NCBI GenBank assembly: GCA_963575745.1
Contig: CAUYUJ010000281.1
Location: forward strand, 310,001-374,000
DNA length: 64,000 nt
Direction: 5' to 3'
Source of the DNA: Prorocentrum cordatum
Taxonomy: Eukaryota
The translations under genes were made by a program, and so were the position numbers. Under the pieces are notes generated by a model. The model was not told the origin of the DNA, made no database searches, and saw nothing but the letters and a program-made list of their open reading frames with translations. Below, piece after piece: positions 11,973-23,994 of the stretch (positions are counted from its first letter, which is position 1; every line of letters begins with the position of its first letter).

Positions 11973-13545
11973 TTTTCTCAAGTGTAATACTAGTTACCGT
12001 CACCATCGTCGTCGTCGTCATCATTACCACGGTCGCCATGATCACCATCATTATCGTCTTTGTCGTCGCTCTCGTCATGATCGCCTCTACCATCACCGTC
12101 ATCATCATAGTTGTCCTCACCGATCTTGTCGGAACCATCATCACTCGCCCGCCCGAGCCATGAATCTGAATGAGAAGAGTCCCGAGAAGGGTCCTCGCGT
12201 CACTGCGCCAGCTGAGTTCTGCCGAGAAGATGCGGGTGGGTGGGATGCTTGCTCAAGCGTTGGAGTCAGCGGCTCCACTTTCTGCAGACATTGCTCGCAC
12301 CACCTGGGTGGCCACACACAGCGTTTGCACTTTCTGCAGACATTGCTCGCACCACCTGGGTCGCCCCACACAGCGCTCGCACTGAATAGCAGCATGCGCC
12401 TTCCCAGAGCGTTCCGGAACGCTCTGTAAGCGTTCTAGAATCACCTGGAATCGATTTATCTCGTCATAGCACCCTCCGACCCCATCCCCCTTCGAAAACA
12501 CGTCCTTGGACCTCCGCTGGAATCCGTCCCAGCCAGTTGATCGAGCTGTCTCCAGCTGTGGCGAAGAGAACCTCCAGAACGACCCAGAAACCTCCGAACG
12601 GACGACGGCGACGACGACGACGACACGACGACGACGACATCGGCTCTGGCGCACGTCCCCCTCGGAGAGGGCGAGCGCCTGTCCCGGATCGAAGGCGTCT
12701 TGCCCCACATGCTCAGCCTCCGGGGACGGCCGCCGCGAAGAGGACTAAGAGTCGGACAGGGCAAAAAGTATGATGGAAAGGTTGACGTCAATGCTTACGA
12801 GCCTGCACACTGCATGCTGCGAGTCTATGTTGTTGCCCTCGTGAACGCCGTCGTCACCGTGGTCCCCGCCATCGCCATGCTGGTATCATCGGCACTCTTA
12901 TGCTCACAGCCATTGCCGTCGCCACATCATCGTCGTGGCCATTGTCGCCTACGACGGCCTGTTACAGTTCTCCTAGTATTGCTCCTTGGCGCTCGTTCAG
13001 GCCTCTGGACGACTCCCCGAAGGCCCAAACTCGCTCCGAAACGACTGCAGCAAACCCCAGAAGCATCGAGAGGTGGCCCAACGCCTCGGGGTACCTCAAG
13101 GCAGCACCAAGGGCCCCCCCAACACGAAACACGAAAGAGCCTCATCACAGGATGCGGGGACGGCCAGGGACCTCCAGACAGGGAGCCCACAAAGGACGTA
13201 CGCGCCCAGCCATGTACACGAACGCGGCCCCTCGATCCGTGAGAGCTGCCGCCTGACGCGAACACTCGCGCAGTGCGTACTCTCGAAACCAGCGTGGATC
13301 CATCGACGTGCACGTCCGCCTCGCGCCCCCGACCAGAAGAGAGCCGAAGACCTCCCCGAGGAGGGCGCCGAGGCAACCCGAGACCGCCCGGAGTGTCCCC
13401 GAGCTGGCTCGGCCGAGCCGCTTCGGGAGAGCTCGGCCCGAGACCTTTTCTGCCGGGCCCACCACGGGCCCCCACCACAGAGGCCCCCGGGGGCCCCAGG
13501 GAGCCCCGCCGATGGGGCGCTCCATGCCAACTCTCAAGAAGACCA

Positions 13546-13721
13546 CAGTCGGGGCGTTGACCTAAGGAGCCCCAAATAAGGAACGAGGCCCCATTTTCCC
13601 ATAAGTTCAACCTCGATGTCCCGCGGAAGACCTCAGGGAAGCCCGAGGCAAACTCTGAAACATTCAAGGAACACCGAGCCCCTCCCCCACGAAAAGGGTT
13701 CGTTCTTCAGCGCCCCGACTG
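13546..13721 (+). mobile_element. 176-bp MITE, family A (Tc1/mariner-like ends)
   Basis: CAGTCGGGGCG...CGCCCCGACTG followed by TA. The internal sequence is colinear with 17516-17691. Confidence 0.85.
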
Positions 13722-15949
13722 TACGAGATGAGCCAGCAAGCGGAGGAAGAGGCGGCGCACGAGGAGGGGCGTTTAAGACCAGCACGAATTCCGGCAGGGC
13801 ACGGGGCCGAAACGGGGCTTGAACCCAGCGGCCTCTTGCCTGCGCTGGCGTGGCGGCGGATTTCCACTGCATGGATTCCCACTGTTCCATGCTGAAGAGC
13901 CTCGGTTGCGAGTGCGATCGAATAAACGGGTTCGCCGCTCAATGCGGCATCGCGGAACGCCCGCCCTTGCGCCTTGCGCGCCCAAAAACCTTGAACTCTG
14001 CACGCACACTTTCCGTGTCTCTTCGCCCTGCCGTGAAATTTGGAAGATCTGGCGCGACCTCTCCCGCTACGTTGCCCAGAAGATTGCCTGGCGGGAAATT
14101 CGGTGCAGCACTGCCGCGGCCACAGCAGACTCGAGCATTCCATATGCTGCAAACCACGCTGTCAATATTACATCGAACAAACATGTTCTTCTCATGCACC
14201 CCCGCCACATCCGGCCGGCATGCGGTTGGCCAGCTCAGATCAAAACATTCCCGAACATTCCTGTGATCTAGAAGGCAAGAGACAAAAACACCGCGAACGG
14301 CTGCTCTGGTATATATTCCTAATCCGACGCAGGCGGTGGTACCACGAAATTACCGGAACATGTTTGCAACGCCGCTGCAACTTTGCGCAATCTAACCCGT
14401 CGTCACTTGCGTAACTCGGTTATGCGACTATGTTTTTTGTTTCAATCGCGCTTTGCACCGCACAATCCAACAATAACTCCGTCACATTTGCAATTTTTCA
14501 GCCAGCGCCAACCCTTCAACGCTTAACATGTTTTGGGGAGAAGAACATGGGGCGGGTATCATGACTCAACAGGAGGTGTCAAAACGCGAATGCATCCACA
14601 CACCACGAGTCAGGCTAAAAAGCTAGATTGAAGCAAACAGCAAAGATAAAAAATATTCAAGTCCAGACTGACTGTGCGCAGCGACCAGAGCGCTGATATC
14701 ATCGCCCTGCTTCAAGCCCCACAACGGGCCTACTGAAAGATATCGACCAGCTGCCACGAGCTTACGGTCGAACCCACAGGGGCATAACAAACAGCAAGCG
14801 CGGCCCGCAGGCCCATGTCTTAGCCGCCTGTTCTCATGCCACTCCTCTTCCTTCATCCTCTCCTGTTGTTATTCATGTGCCCGTTTTCCTCGTCCTCTTC
14901 TACCTCCAAATATACCCCCGTGCTGTTCTCCAACTTCGTTCCCGTCTACCCCATTGTTCTCCTCCTCCTTCTCCATCAGCTCCCACAACTATTGGGTTTC
15001 AAAGCTTCCCGCCGCCCCTGACTTTCTCTCCACCTCTCCTCTTCCTCCGCCACGTCGCTGTCGTCATCATAAGTACCATCGCCGTTATCACCATCATCAT
15101 ACGGATCAGTATTACCACGATAACGGCGATTGTCATCACCGCCATGAACATCAACACTACCACTATCGCCATAACCATCACCATCTTCACGATGGTCATA
15201 ATTATCACACCCCGTGTTTGCCATGGGGCTTCGGACGGAGGCCACGGCCAGCGCGCGCGCGGGCCGAACGGCGCCACCCAGGAAAAGGATATCTCCTGCG
15301 TGTTGAGGGGCAGCGTGTTGAGGGGCACGCGCAGCAGGTAACGCCGCTGGCCCCGGAAAAGGAGAGGGTGGAGTTGAGGGATGCGGGCTGGGAAGCTCCA
15401 GGTGCCCAGACGCGCGCGAGGGGGGACAACACGTAAGAGCAAACCTTCGCCCGCCCCGCGCTTGCGAAAGCGTTCCGGCCCGAGGCCGCGGCAGGCTCGC
15501 GGGGGGGGGGGGGGGGGGCCCAAAGGCACCGAGCCCCCGGCGCGCGCGCGGGCCGAGCGGCGCCTCTGAAGAGGTAATTATCCTGCGCGCTGAGGAGCAC
15601 GTGCAGCCAAGCCCGTGCTCAGAGGATTCGCTCAAGCGCGGAGAGCGCTTAGCACCGAGGCCACATCCCATCATAGCAGAGTGGTGGGCCGCGCCCAGCA
15701 GCAAACATCGTCCACGTCTTGAGTCAGCTACTGCACCTCATTCCTTGCTCAGAGGATTTGCACAGTGGCACGTACAATCTGAAGGGTGCGCCATCAGAAA
15801 CCCAAGGGACCCTTAGGATCGGCATCGAGGTGAGGTGGCGCCAAACACAGGGACGGGGGCACGTTTCAAACTGGCAGTGTGCTCGCGGAAGTACTGGGAC
15901 ACAGCCATGGGAGTGAGCGTGGATAGCTCCACCCCCGGAGCACACTTAA

Positions 15950-17310
15950 GCGAGGTCTGCCCTCGGAGTGGATCGAACCAGGAGCCCGTGCTGGACTGCA
16001 TAGCACTTGCTGCCACTCCCTGCGACGTGCGACGCCGCCGGCCGAGGCTCTGGCAGCCCCCATGTTCTGGCAGCCCCCTCTTCGGCGCCGGCATGAGCGG
16101 CCGAGCGCGGAGGTCGCCGAGCGCCCCCGGGCAGTAGGGCGCGTCGCCGCCCGCCGCGCCCCCGCTCGCTGCATGGAGAGGCCCCCGCGGGCAGAGCGGC
16201 GCGCCAACTCCGCGGTGGGCTCGGGACTGCCGCCCGCGCGGGAGATCGTCTCCCGCGGCGCCCACCCCCCGCCGAGGCCGGCGCCCTCTCTCCGGGCCCG
16301 GCGCGCCCATCGTCGAGAAGCCGCCGCCGGGGCGGAGAGCGGCGGCGGGGCCGGGGGCGGCGGCAGCGGCGGGCGGCTGCGCCCCAGCCCGCGCTTCCCC
16401 CAGGCTGCCGCCAGCGCCGAGGCTGGCGCGGCGGGGCGGCTCTGCGCGCGCCGGGGGCCCAGGGGGGGGGGGGGGGGCGCCTTGAGATCCTCCTGGGCGA
16501 CGCCTGCGAGAGTCGCCTCGTCGGCGAGCATCTGCGGCGCCTCGAAGGCGGGCCCCTCGCAGATAGGCGCGGCCCCCCCCGGGGGAACAACCGCGGGCTG
16601 GGCCGCGCTCGCGGCCAACGCCCCGTGGATCTCCAACGCGAACTTCCGCGCGGGCCATCGGCGCCCCGTCCTCCAGGGCCGCGGGCGATGGCCCCCCCCC
16701 CCGCGGGAGGGCGGGCCATGCCTGAGCAAAGCTTCGGCCGCGCGCCGAGGCTGCCCCGCGCATGCGCGGGGGCGCCTCCAGGAGCGGGGGGGCCAGCGCA
16801 TGCGCTGGCCACGCCGAGGGCGGCCCTCGGCGTCGGCGTCGTCCTCCGGCCCGCCGCCCTCGAATACGCCCGCGGACGGGTGCGGGGTGGCCCTCTCCGC
16901 GCCAGGCGCGGCCTCGTTCCCTTCGGCGGGCGCGGCGCCGTGAGTGGCCGCGAAGTCCTCGCAGAGGCCGACGACCCCGAAGGGTGCGGCCGGCACGCGC
17001 TGCCGCGAGCCGATCCGAACGGGACCAGCCCGACGGCGTCGCCCTCGTCCAGAGGGGCGAGAGCTCCCATCTCGGGGGCCTCCAAGTCGACCGCCAACAC
17101 TGGGGCGATTGTGCTCGGCGGACGCGAGGCTGCGCCGAGCAAGGGCACGCTGACCACCTGGAAGGGGCCAGCTGGCCCTGAGAATTCTGCCGCCTCCGCC
17201 AAGCGGAGACTGTCGGAGAGGCGGAAGGACTCCAGCAACGCCAGCACAAGAACCTGTGTCCGAAGAGCCAGAGGGATCGCGGCGCAGCTCTCCTCGCCCT
17301 CGTCCAACCG
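15950..17310 (-). pseudogene. Decayed ORF resembling the N-terminal gag-like ORF of dinoflagellate DIRS-type retrotransposons
   Basis: Frameshifted protein-like text: CAAIPLALRTQVLVLALLE..AEFSGPAGPFQVVSVPL..VLAVDL..LVPFG; EATLAGVAQEDL. The family assignment rests on recalled resemblance only. No RT or tyrosine recombinase is visible. Confidence 0.4.
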
Positions 17311-17515
17311 CCAACGATCCTAGCGAGTGGCTGGCGGAGGAGTGAAGGGGTGGAGGCCGGACCAGACTAGGCCGTCGGGGAGTGGCGAGCCCCCCTCGGC
17401 CGAAGCAGCTGCAGCCATGGCTGGCGACGCGAGCGCTTGCCTCGGGGAAGAGCTGCGGGCGGGCCCTGGGAAAGAGGGCCCGCGCGCGCTCCTGAGCCCG
17501 CGCTCCTGGGCCGTA

Positions 17516-17691
17516 CAGTCGAGGCGTTGACCGAAGGAACCCTAAATAAGGCACGAGGCCCCTTTTCCCCATGAGTTAAACTTCGACTTCGCATCGAAGA
17601 CCTGAGGAACATCCAGGGCAGGCTGCGAAACCAGTAAGGAACACGGAGCCCCTCCCCAACGAAAAGGGTTCCCTCTTCGGGGCCCCGACTG
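17516..17691 (+). mobile_element. 176-bp MITE, family A
   Basis: TA|CAGTCGAGGCG...GGCCCCGACTG|TA, with a TA TSD. Confidence 0.88.
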
Positions 17692-19260
17692 TAGGCCAGG
17701 GCGCGCTGCGCACCGCGACAGCGCCCGTCGAGGGCTCCGATCGCGGTCCGAGCGCGGGGGGGGGGGCCCGTCGGGCCTCCACGGGGCGCGACGGCCCCGA
17801 CGCAGCAGCCTCCGAGGAGGCTGCAGGCGGCAAAGGGCTCCGGGCAGGGCCGCGACCGTCGAGAGCAGCAATGGGGGTCACCCCGTTGCTCAGCTCCACC
17901 GCCAGCCCGGGGGCAGACGGTGGGGCAAGCCCCAGCCCGAGGGGCAGGGGTGCAGCGCCCCCCGCCGCCCGATATCGGCGCGAGCGGGCCACGGGGTCCC
18001 CGCGGAGGGTACACGGAGGTCCGCAGCTTGGGGAAGCGGTTGGCCCACGAGCCGCTCGTAGAGCGCGGCTCGCAGGCCCTGGAGCGGCAGCGCCCGCCCC
18101 GGGAAGCCACGCGCGGGTTCGGACCGAGAAACTACAGAAGCCCACACGCGCGCGAGGGAGGATAATCAGCGAAAGCATCACCACCATCGTCATCGTCACC
18201 ACCACCATCAACATCATCACCGTCAGCATCATCATCATCATCATCATCAGCATCATCATCGTCGGCATCATCATCAGCATCAGCAGCAGCATCATCATCA
18301 CCACCTAAACCATCAACCTCACCATGACCATCATCATAATCACCATCAGCATCACCATCATCACCATCACCACCACCACCAGCACCATCATCATCACCAG
18401 CTGCATCACCATCACCATCACCATCACCATCAGCATCATCATTAACATCATCATTATCAACACCATCATACTCAACATCATCATCAACATCATCATCATC
18501 AGCATCATCATCATCATCATCACCATCATCATACTCATATTCATCTTCATCATAACGCTCGTTTCCATCACTCACTGTCCTCATCCTCTTCCTTCTGCTC
18601 CCCATGTTCCTCTTTCTCCCCCTCCTCCCTCCCAACCCATTTCCCCTCTTCCTTCACTGACTCTCCAGAAGCATGCTGGGTGCCATACAAGCCGAACGAG
18701 CGCAGCCGCGAAACGTGGAAAAACACGCGGCAAGAAAACGACGACGGACGAGGCAGAGCAGGACGGAACCGAATGGGAAGAGGAGCGACGTATGGGGAGT
18801 GGATGGTAGGGAGAAAAGAAAACTCACACTGGAGGTTGAGACGGATGAGGACGGCCGAGGGTGGAGGGAGAGAGAAAGAGGCCTCCGAGGGGCAACGCGT
18901 TCAGACCGGGGAGGATTAGGAGAAACATGATGAGTCGGGGGAGACGGTCGGCTTGGAGTGGGGTGCGGGTGGGGCAATTGGGGAGCGGTGGAGGAGAACG
19001 AGGAGGATGAGGCGGAGGGCAACGGGGGGAGGAGCAGCAGGCGCAGGAAGAAGCAGAGGTGAGCAGGAGCAGCGAGAGGAGGAGCGGGAGAAGGATCGAG
19101 GGGGGGACGCAGAAGGAAGAGGAGAAGGGTAAAGATGGGGAGAACCCGAAAGAGCAGGTGGACGAAGAATCGCCACACGCGCGCCAACTGCGGTGCACAC
19201 TCTCGGCGCAGTGGCGAGCTGGCTGGCGAGGGCCCATACCAGAAAGGCCGCTGGCCGGGG

Positions 19261-20256
19261 TCATGCGACCAACGGTTGCTGCACTCCCTCGTGCTGTTGC
19301 TGGAGCTCGGACAACACCCAATCCGTTAGGAACAAGTTCACGGCGGACCCGTGGGCCCGCGCATCCATGCACAGGTGCCCCGTGGGCGTTGGGCCCGCGC
19401 CACAAACTGAGCTGAAGTCGGGGCAGCAGTTATGCATATCTGTCGAGCACGCGTCATCGCAGAAACAGTATCCGCCTCCAGGGATGGCGCTGGCACCAAT
19501 CGTGTGGCACGTTTCCGCCTTGCAAGACGCGGACGCTGCAGGACAAACGGATGCGAAATTTAGGCAGCAATCAAAATGGGTGGTGCACTCCTCGTCGCAG
19601 AAACACGTCTGATTATTGCCCAAGTCCTTAGCCACTGGCTTCCCACAGTCGTTCGCAGAGCAGGTGCCACCACCAAGAATCGAGGGGCTAGGCCTCTTGA
19701 TGCCAGTGACAAAAGAGAGATCCTCTTCAAAATCACACGAACCAGGGCCAGTCCTGTCGAAACTGCAGAGCCAGCAATCCTCTGAAAAACCTGATGTCTC
19801 AGAGTCTGCGTAAGTGTACGAATGACAGTTGGCATCAGCGGCGCACTTCTTCTGGCAGTTGCTGGCGCTGCGCGTTCCTGCAATGCCGTCAACGCCAGTA
19901 GCTCTCAGGCCAGCCTTCGTGAAGAAGCTGGAGGGGTCAGCTGGCGGAGGCGCGGGGGTGGGATGTACACCCCAATCCCATTCCCAATGAAACATCCTGA
20001 CTTCGCCAAGCGCAGCTGACTGAGCAGTACTGCACACATCGCCGCTCATGGAGCCGACCACCGAAGCATTCGTCCACACGGCGTCCGCATTCTTCCGGAC
20101 AAAAGAAACGACCCGCTGAACCTGCGAAATGTTCAGCGCCGAGCGCCCCGCAATGGTCATGAAGTAGCCCAAATGCATCATGAACGCCCCCTTGAACGAA
20201 TACCAGTCGCCTCCTGGGTCCTGGCCTTCGACGCACGGCGGCTCTAAATCCGCCAC
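19261..20256 (-). CDS. GH76 gene exon 2: C-terminal barrel helices, PAN/apple-like module and two somatomedin-B-like modules
   Basis: GH76 motifs DWYSFKGAFMMHL and FVRKNADAVW; PAN-like CQKKCAADANCHSYTY..CWL; two SMB-like modules CFCDEECTTHFDCCLNFASVC and CFCDDACSTDMHNCCPDFSSVC. The stop is at 19261-19263. The 5' boundary is uncertain (20220-20310). Confidence 0.85.
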   Translation of the reverse strand: MADLEPPCVEGQDPGGDWYSFKGAFMMHLGYFMTIAGRSALNISQVQRVVSFVRKNADAVWTNASVVGSMSGDVCSTAQSAALGEVRMFHWEWDWGVHPTPAPPPADPSSFFTKAGLRATGVDGIAGTRSASNCQKKCAADANCHSYTYADSETSGFSEDCWLCSFDRTGPGSCDFEEDLSFVTGIKRPSPSILGGGTCSANDCGKPVAKDLGNNQTCFCDEECTTHFDCCLNFASVCPAASASCKAETCHTIGASAIPGGGYCFCDDACSTDMHNCCPDFSSVCGAGPTPTGHLCMDARAHGSAVNLFLTDWVLSELQQQHEGVQQPLVA

Positions 20257-21020
20257 CGTGCCCCCAAGGCACGACGCTGAGCGTCTCCGCATCGCAGCGC
20301 TGACACCTCTCTGAGGCTCTTGCACCAGCGAATGGCTGGACGGCAAACGAACATGAAGATCCTCTCTCCCCAGGACGCTGCTTACACCGAAAAGACTTAC
20401 ATGTGCTCGTCACGAGTGCCTCTGGACGCTTGGGAATCGCACCATGTTCCCGACTGCTGCCGGCCAGACGGCCTCCAGGATGGTCCAACGAGGCACGGAG
20501 ATGACCCCTGGCTGAATAGCTCTGCCGGCACCTCAGAGCCTCTGGAGGCCCCCCCGGCAGAACCGACGATGGGAAAACACCATGATGAGGTGGGAGCCAA
20601 ACAGTCATGGCCCTCCTCCTCCTCCTCCTCCTCCTCTTCCTCCTCCTCCTCCTCCCCTCCTCCTCCTCCTCCTCCTCCCCTCCTCTTCCCTCTCCTTCTC
20701 CTCCTCCTCCTCCATCTCCTCCTCCTCCTCTTCCCTCTCCTTCTCCTCCTCCTCCTCCATCTCCTTCTCCTCCATCTCCTTCTCCTCCTCCTCCCCCTCG
20801 GCCCGTGGCTCCGCGGTGCGGGCTCCGGTCTTTGCTTGCGTCTTGCCGTCGCAGCACTGCGCCCCGCTCCTCGACCCGCCTCGCGGCCGGCCTGCAGCTC
20901 GCCGACGGCGCCCCCCCCACACCACCCGCGCTCGCCACCTGCATCCACAACCGCGCGAGGCCTACACACAGACAGATGCATACACATTGAACTAGGTGTA
21001 TAGATGTGTACACATATATA

Positions 21021-21064
<44 letters not shown>

Positions 21065-21067
<3 letters not shown>

Positions 21068-21331
21068 AAGGTGCCTTTGTGGGCCCCGGAAACGGCAGGG
21101 CCGTTTTTCCACCTTCCAGAAAAAATGCCCCTTTAATAAAAACGGCAAAAACACTGCGACCCGAAACGGCAAAAAAACGGCTCCAGGATTGGTACTGGAG
21201 CCGGAACCGGTCAAAAAACGGCGACGGAACTGGTAAAAAAACGGCGGTCGGAACCGGTAAAAAACGGCAAAACGGAACCGGTAAAAAAACGGCCCTGTCG
21301 TTTCCAGGGCCCGCTAAGGAAGGTACCCCCC
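21065..21331. mobile_element. MITE in the GH76 intron, at the end of a (TA)n tract
   Basis: ~45-bp imperfect TIRs (GGGAAGGTGCCTT..GGGCCCCGGAAACGGCAGGGCCGTTTTT versus the reverse complement of the right end), TA flanks, and internal ~23-bp AAAAAACGG repeats. Confidence 0.75.
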
Positions 21332-21745
21332 TAAGGACCCTACACCTTTTTCTCATACCTCACCCTGGGCGGGTGTAAGCTTGAATTGGTTGAATGTCTT
21401 TTTCAACTTTGCACAGGCGGCCGTTGGAGGTCGTGTCTAACGATACGAATGGGGTGCGAACGTTGGGAATGGCAATGCTAAAACTGAGAATTAGAATAGT
21501 AAGGATACTACTGCCTGTTATCATTAGTTCTATAACAGTTGTAAGGAGTGTGCGAAAAAAAAACACGGTACTGGCGATACTGGTGACGCAGCCACTCGAC
21601 ATAGGAAGATAACGCCTACGATTGGCACCTGGCCTTGTGACCCGGTGGCTAATAAAAACTGGGCCTCGTCGCCCCCACCACCGACCAAAAGTGTCTTGGT
21701 CGAAGATCATCAACACCGGGGACTAAAGGGGGGTATACCTTAATC

Positions 21746-21906
21746 TTAGGTCGGGCCTGTCCCCCTACAGGGGGATTTCGGGCGAAACACGAGAAATACA
21801 GAAAAAATACCCCAACATAGTCAAACAAATGCTCAAAAAATCGGTCCTAGACTATTTCTTGACTATTTTTTAACATTCCCCCTGTAGAGCGACAGGCCCG
21901 ACTTAA
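21746..21906. mobile_element. MITE in the GH76 intron
   Basis: TIRs TTAGGTCGGGCCTGTCCCCCTACAGGGGGA and TCCCCCTGTAGAGCGACAGGCCCGACTTAA. Confidence 0.75.
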
Positions 21907-22045
21907 CCTCAATCATCTGGGGAACGGGGCCGAACACATTGCCTCTCGCAGGCTTTGCCCGCCTCGCCCTGGCAGCCCTGGATTAGTCAAATGCCTCCGC
22001 ATCGCCGCGGGATGGCCCGGAAGGATCCCAGGCGGAGGCGAGAAC

Positions 22046-22227
22046 CCAGAGATCCAACGCATTGACAAGAATCAAGACGGAGGTTTTTCCCAAATTTCGG
22101 CCCCCAGGGGCCCTCGCTGGGCGTCGGGACCGTCAAGAAGCGACTCAGGACGAGAAACCGGTCCCGGGGAATGGGTCGAGGCTTCCAGGGACCCCGCATG
22201 GAGAAAATCACGACGTCGGATCTCTGG
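22046..22227 (+). mobile_element. MITE family C (CCAGAGATCC ends), in the GH76 intron
   Basis: CCAGAGATCCAACG...CGTCGGATCTCTGG. Related copies lie at 26141-26326 (-), 36287-36476 (-) and 36929-37284 (+). Confidence 0.8.
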
Positions 22228-22580
22228 AAGTGACTCCGAGAAGGGGGCTGCACCCCCCCCCCCCCTCAAAAAAAAAAACACCCCAGGGGATGCCGAGAGT
22301 GTCCGAGAGAGGGCCCGCGGCAAGCTCCCAGGAACGGAGGCCTCCTCCTCCGCTGCATCCTCTCCGTTCTGATCCTTCCTTCTCCCTCGTCCTCGCCCTC
22401 CTCGGCGCAGGGCCTCCTTCCAGTCGTCCCCCCGCTCCTCTGTCCTCTCCCCGCCTCCTCCTCCTCCTCCTCTTCCATCACGCGCGTCAGTGAGCGGAGA
22501 GGGGGCGAGGGGAGCGAGGGTGTGGTATGATGTAGGTAACGTGCAGCCCAGAGGCAATGTCGGAAGGCGCCGAAGGCCAC

Positions 22581-23582
22581 CGGGTAGCTGGGTTGTCCAC
22601 GAGGCACGTCCTTCAATAATCCGTTGGCGTCCGTCGAGTTTTGCAGGATGGCGTCCACGAGGCGGCCTGTGCGTCGAAGGTAGTCGGTGTTCTTGGTGGC
22701 CTGGTAGAGGTGGGCAGCCGCGGACAAGTAGAGACCCTGATTGTACGAGTAGCCAGGTAACATGTTGTTAACGCAACGTGGCTTGCCGTCTAGCTCGTGC
22801 GTCACGTTGCAACACTCTGTCATCTCACCAAGGGCGCCACCTACGCCGTCTGTGACGAGACCATGGTCGTCAAAGAGGTCAGACGACTCGAACCATGCCC
22901 ACAATGACTTAGATGTTTGCAGATAAATGGGGTCCTCTGGCGCCAAGATGGCGAGCTTTGCACTGCCGATCAGTAACTCGAGTAACGTCACTGAGTTCTT
23001 CACACCTTGGCATCCTGGGTTCCACAAGACTCCGCCGCATTCCTTATCGACACCATGTCTTGTCATGTAGGCATGGAGGCCCTTAGCGGCGCTCAAGTAC
23101 GCCGCATCTTTCGTCCACTCGAAATGGCGAATGTACGCCAAGAAGAACCATCCAAAATCGTCGATGTAAGGGCAATCTCCCGTCCAGTTACCGTTGTAGG
23201 ATGCGTGGCTCAGGAACGTCCCTGCGACGTTCGGCAAGCTGGCAGGCAAAAGGGTGTCATTGAAGTAGATACCCCGATTGGCGATCGACTCAAGCGCGAT
23301 TGCCTGCCACCATCTGTAGCAATTGGTGCACCTGGCGGGACTCTCGCACACACACTGGTCCCACACGGCTGGGTACAGCGGCGTATTAGGATCTGGCGAG
23401 GCAACGCCCGCCGAACCGATCTGCCCGCAGGCGAACAGAAATCCTGGCTGCATGGGCGACGTCCCCTGCCACCACGCGGCGAACAGCCCGCTGATACTGT
23501 CATCGACGCGCTCGCGCACAGTGGATGCGCCGACCGTGCTGCATGCCAGGCTGGCTGCGACGAGAATGCCGTGCGCTCGCAT
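22581..23582 (-). CDS. GH76 (alpha-1,6-mannanase/Dfg5-like glycoside hydrolase) gene exon 1, with signal peptide
   Basis: ATG at 23582 starts the signal-like MRAHGILVAASLACSTVGA. GH76 motifs are YIDDFGWFFLAY (catalytic DD at 23157-23162), CGGVLW, KNSVT, GLVTDG and YSYNQG. The probable donor is CCG|GT at 22580. Confidence 0.9.
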
Positions 23583-23626
23583 CGTGCTGTCCGCCAGCGC
23601 GCAAAAAGATTGGCCGGAGCGCGCAA

Positions 23627-23650
23627 CCTGAGCCACAATGCGGCTACAGG
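23627..23650 (-). other. Relic dinoflagellate spliced leader (DinoSL) 45 nt upstream of the GH76 ATG
   Basis: The minus strand reads CCTGTAGCCGCATTGTGGCTCAGG, against the canonical DCCGTAGCCATTTTGGCTCAAG. Confidence 0.7.
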
Positions 23651-23994
23651 AGCAGGGATAGCGGCACGGCCGGACCTAAGACAGAAGAACATCCTGCAAG
23701 AACATCACAAACTCCGCCAGCCAAGCTGAAGAACCTTCGAGGGTAATCTCCCCCAGGACGCACAAGATCGCCCAGCAAACACGACAAACACTGGTGTGCC
23801 CTCCCCAAACCGACCTCGATGTTATACCTCGGTCCGGCCGTATGCGTGCGTGCTCTACAACAAGCGACGCACGCCTCCGAGAGACGAGGCCACCGCGGCC
23901 CATCCGGTCGACTCGGCATGCTCAAATGTATATTGCATGCTTGCTTGTGCGTACTCTGCACTTGGAAGGGCTGGCTCGCTTGAAAAAGCGAGTT

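Noticed and set aside
12276..12362. 34-bp direct repeat with 52-bp spacing
   Set aside because: A simple local tandem duplication with no further structure.
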